64,000 bases of DNA from assembly GCF_006345805.1 (NCBI RefSeq), contig NC_043009.1, positions 9,362,001 to 9,426,000 on the forward strand, read 5' to 3'. Position 1 is the first letter of the stretch. The number at the start of each line of letters is the position of its first letter. The position numbers and the translations under genes were made by a program. The notes beneath the pieces were generated by a model, which saw nothing but the letters and a program-made list of their open reading frames with translations, was not told the DNA's origin and ran no database searches. This DNA comes from Octopus sinensis. Its lineage: Eukaryota. Below, in pieces: positions 12,612 to 25,134 of the stretch.

Positions 12612-13334
12612 ATTATGAAAGTAATATTAATAGTGTGACTGTAATGCAAAGATCAACACGAGGATAATGTACATTAATAACAAACAGAACCACTCCCTGG
12701 TTGCTGAAAGCAGTCTTCTGCGAACAGTTAAATGTTCAAATGGGAGTTACACTCTCTCACACACATACACACACACACACGTGCAATCGCCTCCGCTAAT
12801 CACTTTATCCAGAAAATAAACTATCCAAACAAAGTGTGGAAAAGAATTGTGGGAAAACATGAAAAATTCTTAATAAAAATGACAAACAAGTACATATTCG
12901 TGTTTTCAATCTAACCTGTTTAAAAGAAAAAGCTGTCCCCTCTTCATCATCATCATTGCCCTCCTCTTCCTTCCTTCTTCATCCTCCTCCTCCTCCTCTT
13001 CCTTCCTTCCTTCCTTCCTCCTCCTCCTCCTCCTCCTCTTCCTCTTCCTCCTCCTCCGCTTCCCCCTCCTCCCCTCCTCCTCCCCACTGTTTTAATGTCC
13101 ACCTTTCCATGCTTTCGTAGGTCAAGTGTAATTTGTTAAGGCAAATTTCCAATGGCCAGATGTTACGTTCTGCCCATCACCAACACTCATCTATTTCCTC
13201 CAAGCAAGGTGATGTTTTCCCTATGGTAGGACATGTTTTTTCATAGAAGGGTAGAAAAAAAAAAAAAAAAACACTGCTTGTATGACGGTGACATTTGTTT
13301 ACAACTGTTGCATGAAGTCAAAAGCAAGGAGACA

Positions 13335-13725
13335 CAAACATACACACTTGTGATGGGCTTTTTTTAGTTTACGTTACCAAATCCACTCACAAGGTTTTGG
13401 TTGCCCAGGCTATAGTAGAAGACACTTGCCCAAGGTGCTCCACACAGTGGGACTGAACCTGAAACCACATGGCTCTTAACCCTTTCATTACTGTATTTCT
13501 TTTGAGATGCTCTGTGTTTCTTTCAATTACTTTAAATATAACAAAGAATTTAGTAAAATAATTTAGTCGTCGTTAAGCTAGTGTTAGGAACATAAATTGT
13601 GACTAAGGTTTGGTGGAAGATTTTAATTCAAAACTTATGGAAACAAGATATTTGTACTCAGAGCCAGAGCCAGTTTCAGCCGGGTTGGTAATGAAAGGGT
13701 TAAGTCAAGTTAACTCCACAGCTAT
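13335..13725 (-). mobile_element. SINE-A 5' half interrupted by MITE PB1
   Basis: SINE homology resumes after the TTAA at 13700-13703. Confidence 0.65.
13480..13699. mobile_element. piggyBac-like MITE PB1, inverted relative to 11544-11765
   Basis: TTAA flanks at 13476-13479 and 13700-13703; reverse complement of the first copy. Confidence 0.8.
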
Positions 13726-14439
13726 GTTTGTGTTTCTCGTTAACCTGTAGAACAGGGAATATTGGTAAGTTAAGAGATTGACTTCACTTTTTATTCTTTT
13801 GGCATCAATAAAATAAGTACCAGTTGAGCACTGGATTTGAAGTAATCAACTTAGTCACCCCCTCGAAATTGCTGGCCTTGTGCCAAAATTTGAAACCAAT
13901 ATTAATAAGCTAACTGGAAATAATAAGGTGATTAGTCATTAACTAATATTATTTTAATTGTCTACTTTACTTGCTGAAATAATTAAAATAATATTAGTCA
14001 ATGGCTACTATTATTTTTTCCCTCGGCACATAATTATTTCATGTTAGTTTTTTTAGTGCTTCCTTTATTAAATATATTAATTCTAACTTAACTGCCGTTA
14101 TTTTTTTATGTTTGGTTAGTGTTAGTGTTTCTGACTAATTAATTCTCTAAACAATAGTTTTCTATGACACCCAGAACACATGCTAGTACATTAACCTACT
14201 GATTCTACCATCACTACATGGGCAAGTATTGTATTATAAAATCTATGTTCAGCAAATGAGGTCATAATAAAACTGAAATATATCTGCAGTTGTCTCCCAT
14301 AATGAGAGAAATAATAACAATTAATATTCATTAATGACTAGTATACATTTTTCTTCACTGCATAATTATTTCTTGTTAGGTTTTCAATGCTCCCTGTATT
14401 AAGTATGTTAACACTAATTCTCTAAGAGATAAGAATTTT

Positions 14440-14650
14440 GCTTCCCAACCACACTGGTTGTCAAGCAGTGGTGGGGGACAAACAAAGACACATACCATGA
14501 GCTTCTTTCAGTTTCCGTCCACCAAATCCACTTTGGTCAGCCTGAAATTACAGTAGAAGACATTTGCCCAAAGTACCACACAGTGGGACTTAACCCAGAA
14601 TCTTGTGGTTAGGAAACAAGCTTCTTACCACACATCTACACCTGCGCCTA
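14440..14650 (-). mobile_element. SINE-A, partial and internally deleted
   Basis: Family body motifs; ends cctgcgcctat. Confidence 0.7.
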
Positions 14651-14678
14651 TGTGTGCGTGTGTATGTATATATATATC

Positions 14679-14900
14679 TCATCATCATCGTTTAACGTCC
14701 ACTTTCCATGCTGGCATGGGTTGGACGATTTGACTGAGAACTGGGGCAAACCAGATGGCTGCACCAGGCTCCAATCTGATCTGGCAGAGTTTCTACAGCT
14801 GGATGCCCTTCCTAATGCCAACCACTCCAAGACTGTAGTAAGTGCTTTTATGTGCCACCGGCACGAGGGCCAGTCAGGTAGTACTGGCAATGGCCACACT
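14679..14900 (-). mobile_element. Element D ((GAT)n-tailed, RTE-associated), 5'-truncated
   Basis: catcatcatcgtttaacgtcc...ctggatgcccttcctaatgccaaccactcc... Confidence 0.85.
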
Positions 14901-14925
14901 CAAATGGGAGTTACACTCCCATTTG

Positions 14926-14958
<33 letters not shown>

Positions 14959-14972
14959 ATATGTATATGTAT

Positions 14973-15182
14973 AGTTAATCCAAACATGAAAACACAAAAA
15001 GAAACACAACAACGCAAGGACGTGGAACAAGTATAGTGTTATTGGACGCTCGGGAAAGGAAAGAAAGAAGGAGGATTTAACATTTCGAGCGGAGCTCTTC
15101 ATCAGAAACATAGGAAAAGGAAAGATCCAAGGAAGGGAAGACGGAGGAAAAAAATTGCCAACGGTACACACGCAGTCACATT
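14973..15182 (-). mobile_element. Penelope-like terminal-repeat fragment
   Basis: Reverse-complement homolog of 8962-9167. Confidence 0.55.
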
Positions 15183-15547
15183 GGGGAGAGTCATTTTCTT
15201 TTTGTCTCCCCAGACACAGCAGAATATGCTTCAACACCCAAGCTCATATAAAGAATCTTGCAAACCAAATCCAAAAACGAAATATATATATATATAAAGA
15301 CAATTTACACACACCCTCTGTGTGTGTGTGTGAGTGTGTGTATTACACACACACGTATATATTTGTGTATATTAATGGTTTTTTTTTTTTTTTAAGAACA
15401 TTAAGCTTTAAAAAAAGTATTCTTTAATTGTGCTGCTGAAAAGTTGGGGGAGCATAACTGTATTTCATGTTCTCTTTAAAGTATATAACGGTCTTTTAGT
15501 AACTCTGTGTGTATGTCCTCAGACAGAAACTCAAATATTTTCTGAAA

Positions 15548-15658
<111 letters not shown>

Positions 15659-16459
15659 ATTATATATATATATATATGATGTCTTTGCAGCTTTATTATA
15701 TTTCTTTTTATGGCCACTTTCTTAGTCTTTTTGTTTTTCTTATGTTCTCTCCGTTTTTCTTTTCTTCTTTTTCTTCTGTTTAATCCTCCAGTACTTGTGA
15801 TGGTGAGGGATTTATGGCTTAATAGCTTGCCTAACAGTATTTAATTTGTCAGGTTTGCTATTCAATCGACTGTACTCTTTCTTTAAAAAGAAAAAAAAAG
15901 AAAAAAATTGTGAACTTTCTGCATTCTGAGAAACCACCACCACCACCACCATTGTCATCATCATCATCATCATCATCACCCCACCCACTTCCAGTACTAT
16001 CCTTATTGCATTTCCTTCTTCACCAGTATAGCTGTCAGTTGTCATCATCTTACACACACACACACACACACATGCACACACACACACACACACACATGCA
16101 CACACACACACACACACACCACACACTCACTCACCCACACACACACACCACACACACATGCAAAACTCATTTTCCGCCTCAGCCTTTTGCTCAATCCTGT
16201 TTTTTTGCCCCTTTCAATTTATCCCTTTTTTTCGTGCCTTTTTCAATCTATCCCTTTTTTTTTTCATGCCTTTCGATCTAGCCCTTCTTTTGTGTCTTTC
16301 AATCAATTTCCTTTTTATTGTCCCTTTTGATCTATTCCTTTTTTATTGTGCCTTTCAATCTATTCTTTTTCTTTCTTTTTTATTCAATCATTTATTTTCC
16401 CCCTTTCTTTACTTTAATCTTTGCTTCCTTCCTTCATTCCTCCCACAGGGAGCAAGCCA

Positions 16460-16680
16460 AGAAATGGGTCTTTATGTGGTTAATCCCTCTGCTAGAAATA
16501 GCTACTAAATTTCCATCAAATCACACCCTAAGTTAAAATAGAAAAAAAACCCCAAAAAACTTAGGATTATGTAGTCTTTATTTAAAATAAAAGGAAAAAT
16601 GGGATGGTCACAGCTAGAATGCCTTTGTTCAAAGGTTTGCACAATCATTTCTGACCTAGGGCTAAACACTAGCAATAATA
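16460..16680 (+). mobile_element. Repeat F ((CAA)n-tailed retro-element 3' end), old copy
   Basis: ctagaaatagc...gatggtcacagctagaatgcctttg...ggctaaaca. Homologs at about 20985-21165(-), 22370-22570(-), 22590-22795(+), 31850-32015(-), 42235-42450(-), 50655-50800(+), 61575-61775(+). Confidence 0.65.
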
Positions 16681-17430
16681 ACCACATGTCCCATTAGACT
16701 GTCAGGATTGTTAAGATATGAAATGTTTAAATACTGCATTGCTAATGGACCCCATGAAATCTATAAAAAGACTATTGTTATATTTTTGCTTTTTACTCTC
16801 CATTCCTCCTCATCTTTCTCTTTTTTTCTCTCCCTTACTTTTTTCTGTTTCGTCTATGAACTAGGGATAGTCCTGGTTCCTCTCACCTTGTCTTTGTCCC
16901 TCTTTATCCTCTCTTTCTCTCAGATTAGAAACTAACCCTTACCATTTTTGAACTCAAAACTAGTCCGTTTTCATTGTCATTCATATGTCTTTATGATACC
17001 AGTACCAGTAATACACTGACATTTATTCGCTCAATTACACCTCACTCCTACACATTTCAAATAGTCATAGAACTACTCCACCCCACTAGTTACTGGTGGG
17101 TTAGGTTCTCGGACCACAGTAGAGACGAAATATGGTTGTTATAGACAATAATGTAGAGAAAATACATACCAGTTATATATCAAGGTTAATTCAGTTTAAA
17201 TATTCATCTCAACCATAAGTTGTTCTTGTGGGTAAGAAATTAATGTATTTGTGGCTTTCTGTTAAAATATTGCTGATGTTTTTTTTTGCCATTGTGGTGA
17301 TGGCATTATAGCAGTAGTGATACCATAAAAAAATTAATAATACCTGTTATACATTGGGGTATATTTGCTTGCTTGCTTCCTCCTTCCTCCTACACAGCAG
17401 CTTCTCATTTTTTCTCATTCGCACAAATCA

Positions 17431-17491
<61 letters not shown>

Positions 17492-18148
17492 TATATATAT
17501 ATATATATATATATACATCGGTTGAAGGTGGAAGCTTGACCCTATATATATATGTATATATATGCCACGTATATGTATGTAGATGTGCATATATATTTAT
17601 ATAAAATAAGGAATAACAACAACAATAGGAAACGAAAGAAAACCTCGTTCTAATGACCCAGTAACTATAAATAGAACTACTACACACAGATAGAATAGCA
17701 GCTGGTTATTTCTGCATCCAAGGCATTTCAGCATGAAATGTTCAGCAGAGAGACTGTCAGCTGCAATATATTTCAAATGTGGTGAACACTATAGAGAGAG
17801 AGGAGAGAGAGAGAGATTCAATCAGCAAGTCAATTCCTTGACTCGGTTTCCATTCACAGGGAAAGCTATTTCAATAAATATTTTCAGTGGTTTTTTTTAC
17901 AGTTTCTAATTAAACGTTCTTAACAAAAATGTTTTACAGTCCACAACTTCATGTTTTTGCCTCAACCTACGCATCCCCTCAACAAATGTGTTCTGCATAA
18001 CAAATCAATATATATACATATATATATATATTTATATATATCTCATGTGGTAAATTTTCAGGTGTTATCTATAATGTTTACTTAAATATTTGTTAGGCAT
18101 CACCATGAGAGTTTAATAGATTTATATCATGTTCATTTGTGAGTGGTG

Positions 18149-18219
18149 TAGAGTAAGTACAGTGGTGGTAAACAATCCTCTTTCTAAATTTAAACTCAGG
18201 TTCGATCCTCGGCAAGGAG
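18149..18219 (+). pseudogene. Degenerate tRNA-like (Asp-like) sequence or head of a rare SINE
   Basis: A-box-like gtaagtacagtggtggta, B-box ggttcgatcc, 3' ggag; anticodon arm not recognisable. Confidence 0.4.
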
Positions 18220-18481
18220 GCGGTGTTTCACTTGATTTTGACTTTTCTGGCTGTAGGAGAATAGGAAAGGTGGGAATAGCGGTGAGGCTATTCCAGTCTC
18301 GCCTCTTCTTTGAGCATCATGTGAAGGTGAATGAAGTCTTCGTTTAGTGCTGACCTCATAATTCATTGAAGGATACGGGCTGCCATAATTTTCTTTTTCT
18401 TTCTTTTTTTTTTTGCTGTACTTTTTATATTTCTGTAGTCTGTAATATTTATGTGTGTGTATATGTATGCATGTATGTATG

Positions 18482-18541
<60 letters not shown>

Positions 18542-19309
18542 GATACACACACACATATATATATGTATATATAGACAGATAGACAGATAGATATTATGCA
18601 CTTAATAATAGACATATATGTGTCTCAATGTAAATTATGATGATATATTATATATATACTATATATAGTATATATATTAATATATTATATATATATGTTT
18701 ATACACACACACACGCACATTATTAATTAATATGTATATGTTATTAATGTATGTATAAATATTTAGCAGCATTCACCCACATACACACACACACACACAC
18801 ATATATACATATACACATTTCTATGCACTTCTACAAGTATTTCATATACATTATCCGTTTATTTGTTTTATCTTGTGCTGTCCATAATGTTTTTTTTTAA
18901 TGTGGTTAATAAAGAAATCATCATCATCATCATCATCATTATTATTATTATTGTTTATGGGTTTTTCTTCTTCTTTCAAATTTGCTTCCATTTCTTGCCG
19001 GGTGTCTTCCCGACTCCTAGGGCAAAGAAACTCATTGTATACATTGGTAGGCCTTTTTTTTTTTTTTCTGATAGAAATAAAGCTTTACATTTTGAGTTCA
19101 ATTCCGACCAGGTCGACTTTGCCTTTCATCCTTATGAGGTCAATAAAATGAGTACCAGCTGAGACTTGGGGTTGATGTAATTGACTTGCCCCTCTCTTGC
19201 AAAGTTTCAGGCTTTATACCCATAGCACAGTGGTTCCCAACCCTTTTATTTAAATGAGTATTCCCACAGACCCCTTTTAATATGCTTATCCTTATGTGTG
19301 TATATATAT

Positions 19310-19510
19310 TCTTTTACTTGTTTCAGTCATTTGACTGCAGCCATGCTGGGGCACTGCCTTTAGTCGAGCAAATCGACCCCCAAAACTTATTCTTTATAAA
19401 CCTAGTACTTATTCTATCATTCTCTTTTGCTGAACCGCTAAGTTATGGAGATGTAAACACACCAGTATTGGTTGTCAAGCAATGTTGGGGAGACAAACAT
19501 AGACACATAA

Positions 19511-19568
<58 letters not shown>

Positions 19569-19968
19569 GCTAGCATGGGTTGGACGATTTTGACTGAGGG
19601 CTGGCGAACCAGATGGCTGCACCAGGCCCCAATCTTGATCTGGCAGAGTTTCTACAGCTGGATGCCCTTCCTAACACCAACCACTCCGAGAAAGCACCCA
19701 CTACACTCTCGGAGTGGTTGGCGTTAGGAAGGGCATCAAGCTGTAGAAACTCTGCCAGATCAAGATTGGGGCCTGGTGCAGCCATCTGGTTTGCTGGCCT
19801 TCAGTCAAAATCGTCCAACCCACGCTAGCATGGAAAGCGGACGTTAAGTGATGATGATGATGATGATATATATATATACGACAGGCTTCTTTCAGTTTCT
19901 GTCTTCGAAATCCACTTACAAGGCTTTGGTCAGCCTGAGGCTATAGTAGAAGACGCTTGCCCAAGGTG
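19310..19968 (-). mobile_element. SINE-A interrupted by a palindromic element D
   Basis: 3' half at 19310-19560; body resumes at 19878 (cgacaggcttctttcag). Confidence 0.8.
19568..19866. mobile_element. Foldback (inverted-duplicated) element D
   Basis: Arms 19568-19691 and 19707-19830, 15-nt loop; (GAT)n tail only on the right. Confidence 0.9.
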
Positions 19969-20185
19969 TTGAAATTTTGAATTTAGTTCATGGACCTCAA
20001 GTACTACCTTTGTGGAACCACTACTTCAGTAGAAAGAATTATTATTATTTTGCTTTTCTGAAATCACACATATTCCCTCCTACTTATATCATCATTATTA
20101 TTGACTTTTAGGTTACTATTATAACCTCAAAATAAGCTTTAACCAATTTTCAAAAATCAACATTATTATCCTTGATATATAGGTG

Positions 20186-20340
20186 CAAGCATGGCTATGT
20201 GGTAAGAAGCTTGCTTTGCAACCACATGCTTGCAGGTTCAGTTCCACTGTGTGGCACTTTAAGCAGCTGTCTTCTGCTAGAGCCTAAGGTCAACCGAAGC
20301 CTTGCGAGTAGATTTGGTAGATGGAAACTGAAAGAAGCCC
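20186..20340 (+). mobile_element. SINE-A 5' half
   Basis: ggtgcaagcatggctatgtggtaagaagcttgc...gaaactgaaagaagccc. Confidence 0.75.
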
Positions 20341-20670
20341 GAAGAAAATCCAATAGAAAGGAAGACAGAGGAAGAAAATCGCCAACGGTTCACATGTGGT
20401 TACATTTTGAAATGACTGGAAGGGAATGGGTGAAGAAAAAGCTCTAAGACAGGAGAGTGTAAGAAAAGGAGGTGTGTGTCTGTATATACCCATGTATGTG
20501 TAATTGTGTGTGTGTGTATATATAAATACATACATACATACATATATATATACATATATGCACATATACGCAGCACTATGCATGTGGCAAGTTTTCTACG
20601 GCCGGATGCCCTTCCTGACGCCAACCCCCACCTGTTGCCAAGCGAGATATATACATATATATACATATAT

Positions 20671-20848
20671 GTGGCGGTGGCACGTAAAAAGTACCACTAC
20701 ACTCACGGAGTGGTTGGCGTTAGGAAGGGCATCCAGCTGTAAAAACACTGCCAGATCAGACTGGAGCCTGGTGCAGCCTCCTGGCTTCCCAGACCCAGGT
20801 CGAACCGTCCAACCCATGCTAGCATGGAAAACGGACGTTAAACGATGA

Positions 20849-20851
<3 letters not shown>
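20671..20851 (+). mobile_element. Element D 3' part
   Basis: ggcacgtaaaaagtacc...ggaagggcatccagctgta...gttaaacgatgatgat. Confidence 0.85.
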
Positions 20852-20891
<40 letters not shown>

Positions 20892-21591
20892 TATATGTAT
20901 GTATGTATGTATGTGTGTGTATATATATATATATTATAGAATTTAGAGAAAAGCCACTATTAAACAATTCAATAAAGAGTCATTTTGTTATTGTCTTTTT
21001 AAGCTCAGTCCAGTTTCCTGATTGAGCAGACCTATGATCGAAAACATTCAAATTATGACCCCACCCTATTTGTTTGTTTGTTTCCTTTTATTTTCTCCTG
21101 AATATTGCATTCTGGGAGTGGGACCGCATTGTCCACTGCTAGTAAGGCATGGTTTACTAGGGTGTGATTTGGTAGGTGTGGAGAGAGATTTGGTTGTTAT
21201 TTCTAGTAGACCAAGTGACTACATTGGGGCACCTTTATATTGGTTTGCCTGAAAGTCTATGTAGTTCACTGGGTGATCAGAAATCCACTGATTACTTTGT
21301 CAGCGTCATCATCATTATGACCCCCACCACCCCCATCACCTCCACTGCTATCATCATTCTCATCACCACTATTACCACCATGATCATCATGACATTTGTT
21401 TTTCCATGCTGACGTAGGTTGGATGTATTTAACCGTATCTCACTTTGTTACAGTTCCTTGTCATCTGACACATGAATAGCATAGTATTTGTTACAGCTGG
21501 TTGCCCTTCTTAACTCCAGCTGCTTTACAACTGAACTGGGGACATTATATGACCAGTGCTACCAATGTTGTCTACAATAGTTGTCTATCAG

Positions 21592-21973
21592 AAGGCGGCG
21601 AGCTGGCAGAATCGTTAGCACGCCGGGCGAAATGCTTAGCAGTATTTCGTCTGTCACTATGTTCTGAGTTCAAATTCCGTCGAGGTCGACTTTGCCTTTC
21701 ATCCTTTCGGGGTTGATTAAATAAGTACCAGTTACGCACTGGGGTCGATATAATGGCAGACGAAATCCATTTGTCTGTGTTTAGCCCCTTGTGGGTAGTA
21801 AAGAAATAGGTATTTCGTCTGCCGTTACAGTCTGAGTTCAAATTCCGCCGAGGTCGACTTTGCCTTTCATCCTTTCGGGGTCGATAAATTAAGTACCAGT
21901 TACATACTGGGATCAATCTAATCGACTGACTTCCTCCCCAAAAATTTCGGGCCTTGTGCCTATAGTAGAAAAG
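21592..21973 (+). mobile_element. SINE-B composite (dimer-like) with 16-bp TSD
   Basis: TSD aatagttgt(c/a)tatcag at 21576-21591 and 21974-21989. Confidence 0.85.
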
Positions 21974-22881
21974 AATAGTTGTATATCAGCACTACCAAAG
22001 TTGTCTACTGTAGGCTTAAAGAACCCTTTCTATCCTCTATGAGTTGTTTTGTTATTTTTTTTTTCCAAGCTTTCCTAAACAAGTTGCCTGTAGTGCAGAT
22101 TGCAAAGTTCACATGTTGGTCAGTCAATTTTGGCAGGAACTGTTCCACTCCAGGCTATGACCTACATTGGTTGAACATGGTCTTGCAATATAAGAAAACA
22201 TCTCTGCTTCAAAGTGCTGCTGCTGTTTCCTAGCTTGTTGTTCCTCCTAACCTTTGGTACCGATTCCTAAATAGGGAGACTTGGCTATTTGGGAGTTGAG
22301 GGTCTTTGTCCTAGCATGGACAAACACTATATAATGCTGAATACCGGATGCATATTATTTAATATGTTGACTGGATATTGTTGAGTTTTGGATCAGTCCT
22401 GACTGATTAGACATATTATTAAAGGCGTTCCAGCCATGACCATCAGCTTCTCCTGTAGGCTTTTATTATCAAGAAGTTCATTAACCTATATGTTCTGCTT
22501 TTTTCAAAATGGTAGGATGTAATTTGATGATTTGGTTACTATTTCTTGCATGTTGAGCAACCATATAAAACTGAGCCAATGAGGGGGACAGTACATGATC
22601 ACTCATTCTTCTAGAAATAGCACCCAAATTTTTCTCAAATTATACATATCCATTTTAAGTAAAAGAATGATTTGTTGGATAATGTAGTCCTGGAATACTC
22701 TATGTCAAGAAATTAAGGATGATTGGTCACTACTGGAATGTTTGTGACCAGTCAAAATTGACTTGGGGCTAACACACAGTGACAACAACAACAATAGAGT
22801 TAAAGGAAAAAGAGAAGGAAATCACATGATTGGATAAAAGAGAAAGGAGAGACAGAAAGGTAGAGCAAAAGAATGAACTTC

Positions 22882-22923
<42 letters not shown>

Positions 22924-23089
22924 CTCACTGACCCATAGAGGCTCCCTCATTATCACATTCAAGACCTTGCCAAATCAGCCATTCATACTCTTCCTTTTAA
23001 AGTCTATTGAAGTAATAATAATATTGACATAAAGCCAGGCCTGTTAAACTCTGCAACAACAAAACACTACTTATATTGCTATGTCACAC

Positions 23090-23175
23090 GAATATATATA
23101 TATATATATACATACTATATATATATATATATATTATATATATATATAATATATATATATATATATTATATATAT

Positions 23176-23233
<58 letters not shown>

Positions 23234-23289
23234 CATCATCGTCGTTTAACGTCCGTTCTCCATGCTAGCATGGGTTGGACTAATATATA

Positions 23290-23331
<42 letters not shown>

Positions 23332-23342
23332 TTGGACTAATA

Positions 23343-23398
<56 letters not shown>

Positions 23399-23867
23399 AT
23401 ATATATATACATACATATATATAATTTGACACTGAATTATGGAAGTCCACCTGAAGATTGTCGATCAAGACAAGAAACGATTGTAGTGGCGGTTTTTTTT
23501 GACTATTTATTAAAATTTTTGTATTGATTAAGTCTTTCCTTGTTTGTTTTGCAAAATAGTGGTTTTGTCTCTAATATATTTTATAATATTTTACTATAAA
23601 ATCGATTTAATCCTAAATCTGATTTTTTCCCTGTAAATTTGGATTTATTCCCTAATATTTATTATTATATATATATATATATAATATATATATACACATA
23701 TATATACATATATGTATATATATATGTGTATATATATATGTATATATCTGTATATATATGTGTATATATATATATGTATATATGTATATATCTGTATATA
23801 TATGTGTATATATAATATATGTATATATATATAATATGTTATATATATATATGTGTGTGTGTATATA

Positions 23868-23898
<31 letters not shown>

Positions 23899-23930
23899 AT
23901 ATATATATATGTATGTAGTTATATATATAT
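23090..23930. repeat. Large (TA)n microsatellite field with embedded D tail and Penelope-like segment
   Basis: (TA)n blocks at about 23090-23420 and 23660-23930; D 3' end at 23234-23280; 'cctgaagattgtcgatcaagacaagaaacg' at about 23450. Confidence 0.85.
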
Positions 23931-24265
23931 GTATGTATGTCAAAGACAACACCTGCATTATTTATCTAGAGTCTCTACAACTTGACCTATACAAATATTT
24001 ATGCACGCATCAGATGGTAAATGCTGAAATTTTTATTCATCCTCTTTTAAGTACCCATGGAGAACCATTTGTCAGAGAAATTATAAATGAAGAAATATAG
24101 ACACACACACACACATACACACACATTTATAAACAATCCATACCAGTATGGAAAGAGCATGTAAAATGATAGTGGTAATGATAATCCGTGTGTACATGGA
24201 AAAGTGGATGTTAAAATGATAGCAATGATGATGATGATGATATATATATGTGTGTGTATAAGTGT

Positions 24266-24416
24266 GAGCATGTGGTAAAAAAGCTTGCTTCCCAACCACA
24301 TGGTTCCAGGTTCATCCCTCTGCATAGCAACTTGGGCAAGTGTCATCTGCTATAGCCTCGGGCTAACTTAAGCCTTGTAAGTGGATTTTCTAGACAGAAA
24401 CTGAAAGAAGCCTGTT
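24266..24416 (+). mobile_element. SINE-A 5' half
   Basis: Head and CORE-like body up to gaaactgaaagaagcc. Confidence 0.75.
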
Positions 24417-24417
24417 G

Positions 24418-24760
24418 TTATAGTCTGGATTGAATATCTGTAGATTTTTCATTTGTTTTGTATAGTTGTTTACTTTTTCTTTTATTGTTAACATGTTGAC
24501 ATCTGCTGAACATCTGGTTTCCAGTTACTGTGCATGCTTTCCTTTTTCTGACCCAGATCATTACATCTGGTTTGTTGTGCCTACATTTTAAAGACGTTTT
24601 GAATTGAACAATCAAACAGTATTTTTTCGTATTATAGGTGAATACGGCCTCTATATCACTGTGACTTCTTATATCTTCAGGACTGTCTTTTCTTTGAATT
24701 GCATCAGATGTGTTGGCCACTACATCATGTCTCATAGCTAGATTATATTGCAATAGTATT
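24418..24760 (-). mobile_element. RLE-type (R4/Dong/NeSL-like) LINE ORF relic
   Basis: Minus ORF contains RHDVVAN...KCRHNKPDVMIW, matching the RHDxVA and HNxPDxxxxD motifs that precede the restriction-like endonuclease catalytic core. Confidence 0.7.
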
Positions 24761-24765
24761 ATTTG

Positions 24766-25134
24766 AAGGTGGCGAGCTGGCAGAAACGTTAGCATGCCGG
24801 GCAAAATACTTTGCGGTATTTCGTCTGTCTTTACATTCTGAGTTCAAATTCCGCTGAGGTCGACTTTGCCTTTCATCCTTTCGGGGTCGATAAATTAAAT
24901 ACCAGTTATGCACTGGGGTCAATGTAATCAACTTAATCCCTTTGTCTGTCCTTGTTTGTCTCCTCTATATTTAGCCCCTTGTGGGCAATAAAGAAATAAG
25001 AAACGTTAGCATGCTGGGCGAAATGCTTAGTGGTGTTTCGTCTGCCGTTACGTTGTGAGTTCAAATTCCGCTGAGGTCGACTTTGCCTTTCATCCTTTTG
25101 GGGTTGATAAATTAAGTACCAGTTACGCACTGGT
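24766..25134 (+). mobile_element. SINE-B dimer
   Basis: Full monomer joined at aagaaataag|aaacgttagc (25000/25001) to a 5'-truncated monomer. Confidence 0.88.

Noticed and set aside
19570-19828. Two similar 71-aa ORFs on opposite strands
   Set aside because: They are the two arms of the element-D palindrome.
22070-22118. 49-nt exon candidate with good splice sites
   Set aside because: Two frames are open, no homolog is recognised and no compatible neighbour was found; indistinguishable from a chance pseudo-exon.
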